A stretch of DNA of 64,000 bases from Phyllobates terribilis. Its lineage: Eukaryota. Both the position numbers and the translations under genes were made by a program. Below, piece after piece: positions 61,349 through 64,000 of the stretch. The stretch lies in the NCBI RefSeq assembly GCF_046119375.1, contig NW_027362764.1, forward strand, positions 415,896,001-415,960,000, read 5' to 3'. Under the pieces are notes generated by a model, which did no database searches, had not been told where the DNA came from, and worked only from the letters and a program-made list of their open reading frames with translations. The number at the start of each line of letters is the position of its first letter. Within the stretch, counting starts at the first letter, position 1.

Positions 61349-64000
61349 TGTTATGCACACGCCCGGACTGACTGGTGTGTGCGGGAGAAGTGGTTCCACT
61401 GGACCATGAACCGGAGAGTGCCTGGAGGGGCGTGACTAAGTATCTGGCCGATCCGACCAAGGTGGCACGACGGCATACGACGCCAGTGCACCAGGGAGAA
61501 ACCGGGCAGAGGGACCAGGTGCTACTCCAGGTCAAACTCCGGACACGGGGGTTGACCCACACAGGGATTACTGGAACAGGCAGGTTAGGCTGGCTCAGAC
61601 TGGTGGATATAAGCGAACACGGCAGGTATGCAGACGGGTGGATACAGGCGAGTATGCAGGCAGGGAGGTACTGGCAGAAAGGACGGGCTGGAGCTCAGAG
61701 AGGACAAGGCCCAGTACAGACTGGGACACAGAAACAGAACCGCAGATGCGGTAGCCAAACACAGCAGAGAGGGAACGCCCGAAGCGGTGGGCAAGAGCAG
61801 AGCAGGACGGGACTGCCGGAGCAGCGAGCACAAGCAGAGCAGGACAGGACTGCCGGAGCAGCGAGCAGATGCAGAGCTGGACGGGGCTGCCGGAGCAGCG
61901 AGCAGAAGCAGAGCAGAAACCGCAGGAGCGGCAAGCAAGGCAAGAGCAGAGTGGAAACCGCAAGAGCGGTAAACAAGGCAGGAGCAGAGCGGAAACCGCA
62001 GAGCGGCTAAGAAGGCCGCAGCAGAGCGGAAACCGTAGAGCGGAAAACAAGGCAGGAGCAGAGCGGAAACCGCAGAGCTGCTAAGTAGGCAGGAGCAGAG
62101 CGGAAACCGCAGAGCGGTAAACAAGGCAGGAGCAGAGCGGAAACCGCAGAGCGGTAAACAAGGCAGGAGCAGAGCGGCTAAGAAGGCAGGAGCAGAGCGG
62201 AAACCGCAGAGCGGCAAACAAGGCAGGAGCAGAGCGGAAACCGCAGAGCGGCAAACAAGGCAGGAGCAGAGCGGAAACCGCAGGAGCAGCAAGCAAGGCA
62301 AGAGCAGAGCAGAAACCGCAAGAGCGGCAAGCTAAGCAGGAGCGGAGAGGAAACCGCAGAGCGGTAAACAAGGCAGGAGCAGAGCGGAAACCGCAGAGCG
62401 GCAAACAAGGCAGGAGCAGAGCGGGAACCGCAGAGCGGCAAACAAGGCAGGAGCAGAGCGGGAACCGCAGAGCGGCAAACAAGGCAGGAGCAGAGCGGGA
62501 ACCGCAGAGCGGCAAACGAGACAAGGCAAGGAGATAGGACTCTGTTCACAAAGAACAGACAGAGAAGGAAAGGCAGAACCAGAAGCACACAAAGTACTTG
62601 CAAAGAAGTAGCGAGCGTACACTAAATTCACAACAGAGGTACAGAGACGATGAGAAGGAATTTAGGAGCAAGTTCAGACTCTGCAGAAAGGCGCAGAAAA
62701 CAGGCATAGAGGGAAAAGGGAGAAAAGGCTAAAGTAGAAACGAGGCGCAGACAACTGGGAACAGAGGAACGGGAACAAATACAGCAAGGCTGGGACACAA
62801 ACAGGACTCTGTTCAGACGGGAACAGATACCGCAAGGCACAGACAACTGGAAACAGAGGAACGGGAACAAATACAGCAAGGCTGGGACACAAACAGGACT
62901 CTGTTCAGACGGGAACAGATACCGCAAGGCACAGACAGGCAGATCTAGGAATACAGCCCCTAGAAGGCGAAAGAACAGGCTAGAAGCGTGTTCACAAGAA
63001 CAGACCACAGTTCAGACACAGAACTGGAGAACAGGCAGGAAAACAGGATAGGACCTGGCACGTCAGAGACAAAAAGCCAACTGACAGGACACAATGCTCA
63101 GGCGCCATCTTGAGGAAGAAGGTGGTATAAATACCCAAAGATGGACAGCAATAGGCTGAAGGTGCAACAGGGGCGTGTCCGCAGCAGGTACAAGAAACAG
63201 GAAGTTCAGCGGGCGTCGCCCTATGCAGCCAAAACAGACAAACAGACAGCAAGGAGGGAAGCCAGAGAGACATTCTGGACTGGAGATCAAGTGCGCGCTC
63301 TTGCACAGTGGAAGATGGACCACCATGCAAGGACGCTGCCAGGTATGTTACAGTACCCCCCCCCCATTACGCCCCCTCTTCTTCAGGCCTGCCAGAATCT
63401 TCCGCAGGGAATTCGAGGACCAGTCGTTCACTTCAAGGAGATCACTTCCACTGTCCACAGGAAAATTGATCTCATCTGGTTAGCTAGGATGCTACCTCCT
63501 ATCCAGCCATCCTTAGCAACAGACGAAACGGGTGGAGTACCAGGAACAGCACACAAAGGAGTCTCTCTCCACATATTTTCAGGTGGCACCCCAGAGGGTA
63601 CAGGAGACAACTGGAAGTCCTTCACCGGGTTGGAGGGGGACAGAGACTTGGGGGTAATCTCTGCTTCGAGGTACATCTTGTCAAGCTCACAGGAAGAAAT
63701 AGACGGGTTATCAGGTACATAATGAGGAAAAGTCACTGTCTCTTTGTTATCTGGTGGTACCCCGGAGAATTCAGGAAACAACTGGAGGTCCTCCGCCGGG
63801 TCAGAAGAGTGCAGAGGCTCAGAGAAAACATCTGCTTCAGAGTACACTAGGTCGGACTCACTGGAGGAAGCAGGCGAGGTATCGGGTACCGAATATAGGA
63901 AAGTCTCAGTCCATTCACCACCAGGTGGCACCCCGAAGGGTTCTGGAGACAACTGGAGGTCCTCCGCCTGGTCAGAGGGGTGTAGAGACTCATGGGTAAC
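61349..64000 (-). mobile_element. Second, diverged subfamily of the capsid-NTD-only LTR element (3' LTR 61349-63352 plus ORF C-terminus; rest outside the window)
   Basis: Same LTR ends and PPT; ORF 63428-63952 nearly identical to the 57-aa repeats of 14987-16690; LTR arrays are a 37-bp unit and a ~92-bp unit. Confidence 0.9.

Overview
Eukaryotic window made almost entirely of nested transposable elements; I found no supportable host gene, rRNA, tRNA or CRISPR array. The repeat repertoire (TTAA-AG T2-type MITEs, Tourist MITEs, long-TIR Tc1s, Penelope-like elements, L2, chromovirus) suggests an anuran amphibian (inference). Contents: a decayed two-gene Harbinger, several Tc1/mariner copies, L2 and Penelope-like retroelements, a decayed hAT, an apparently intact Tf1/sushi-type chromovirus (25236-30205), a tRNA-primed Gypsy inactivated by stops (51072-59380), two solo LTRs and many MITEs. 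Most unusual is a non-autonomous LTR retroelement family (complete copy 12896-18851; diverged partial copy 61349-64000). It has ~2 kb LTRs filled with minisatellite arrays, a 5-bp TSD and no PR/RT/IN. Its single 567-aa ORF is a capsid N-terminal domain (LDOC1/RTL/PEG10-like) plus acidic 57-aa repeats. It carries a tRNA-independent self-priming signature starting 30 nt after the TATA box, the same geometry seen in the autonomous chromovirus here.
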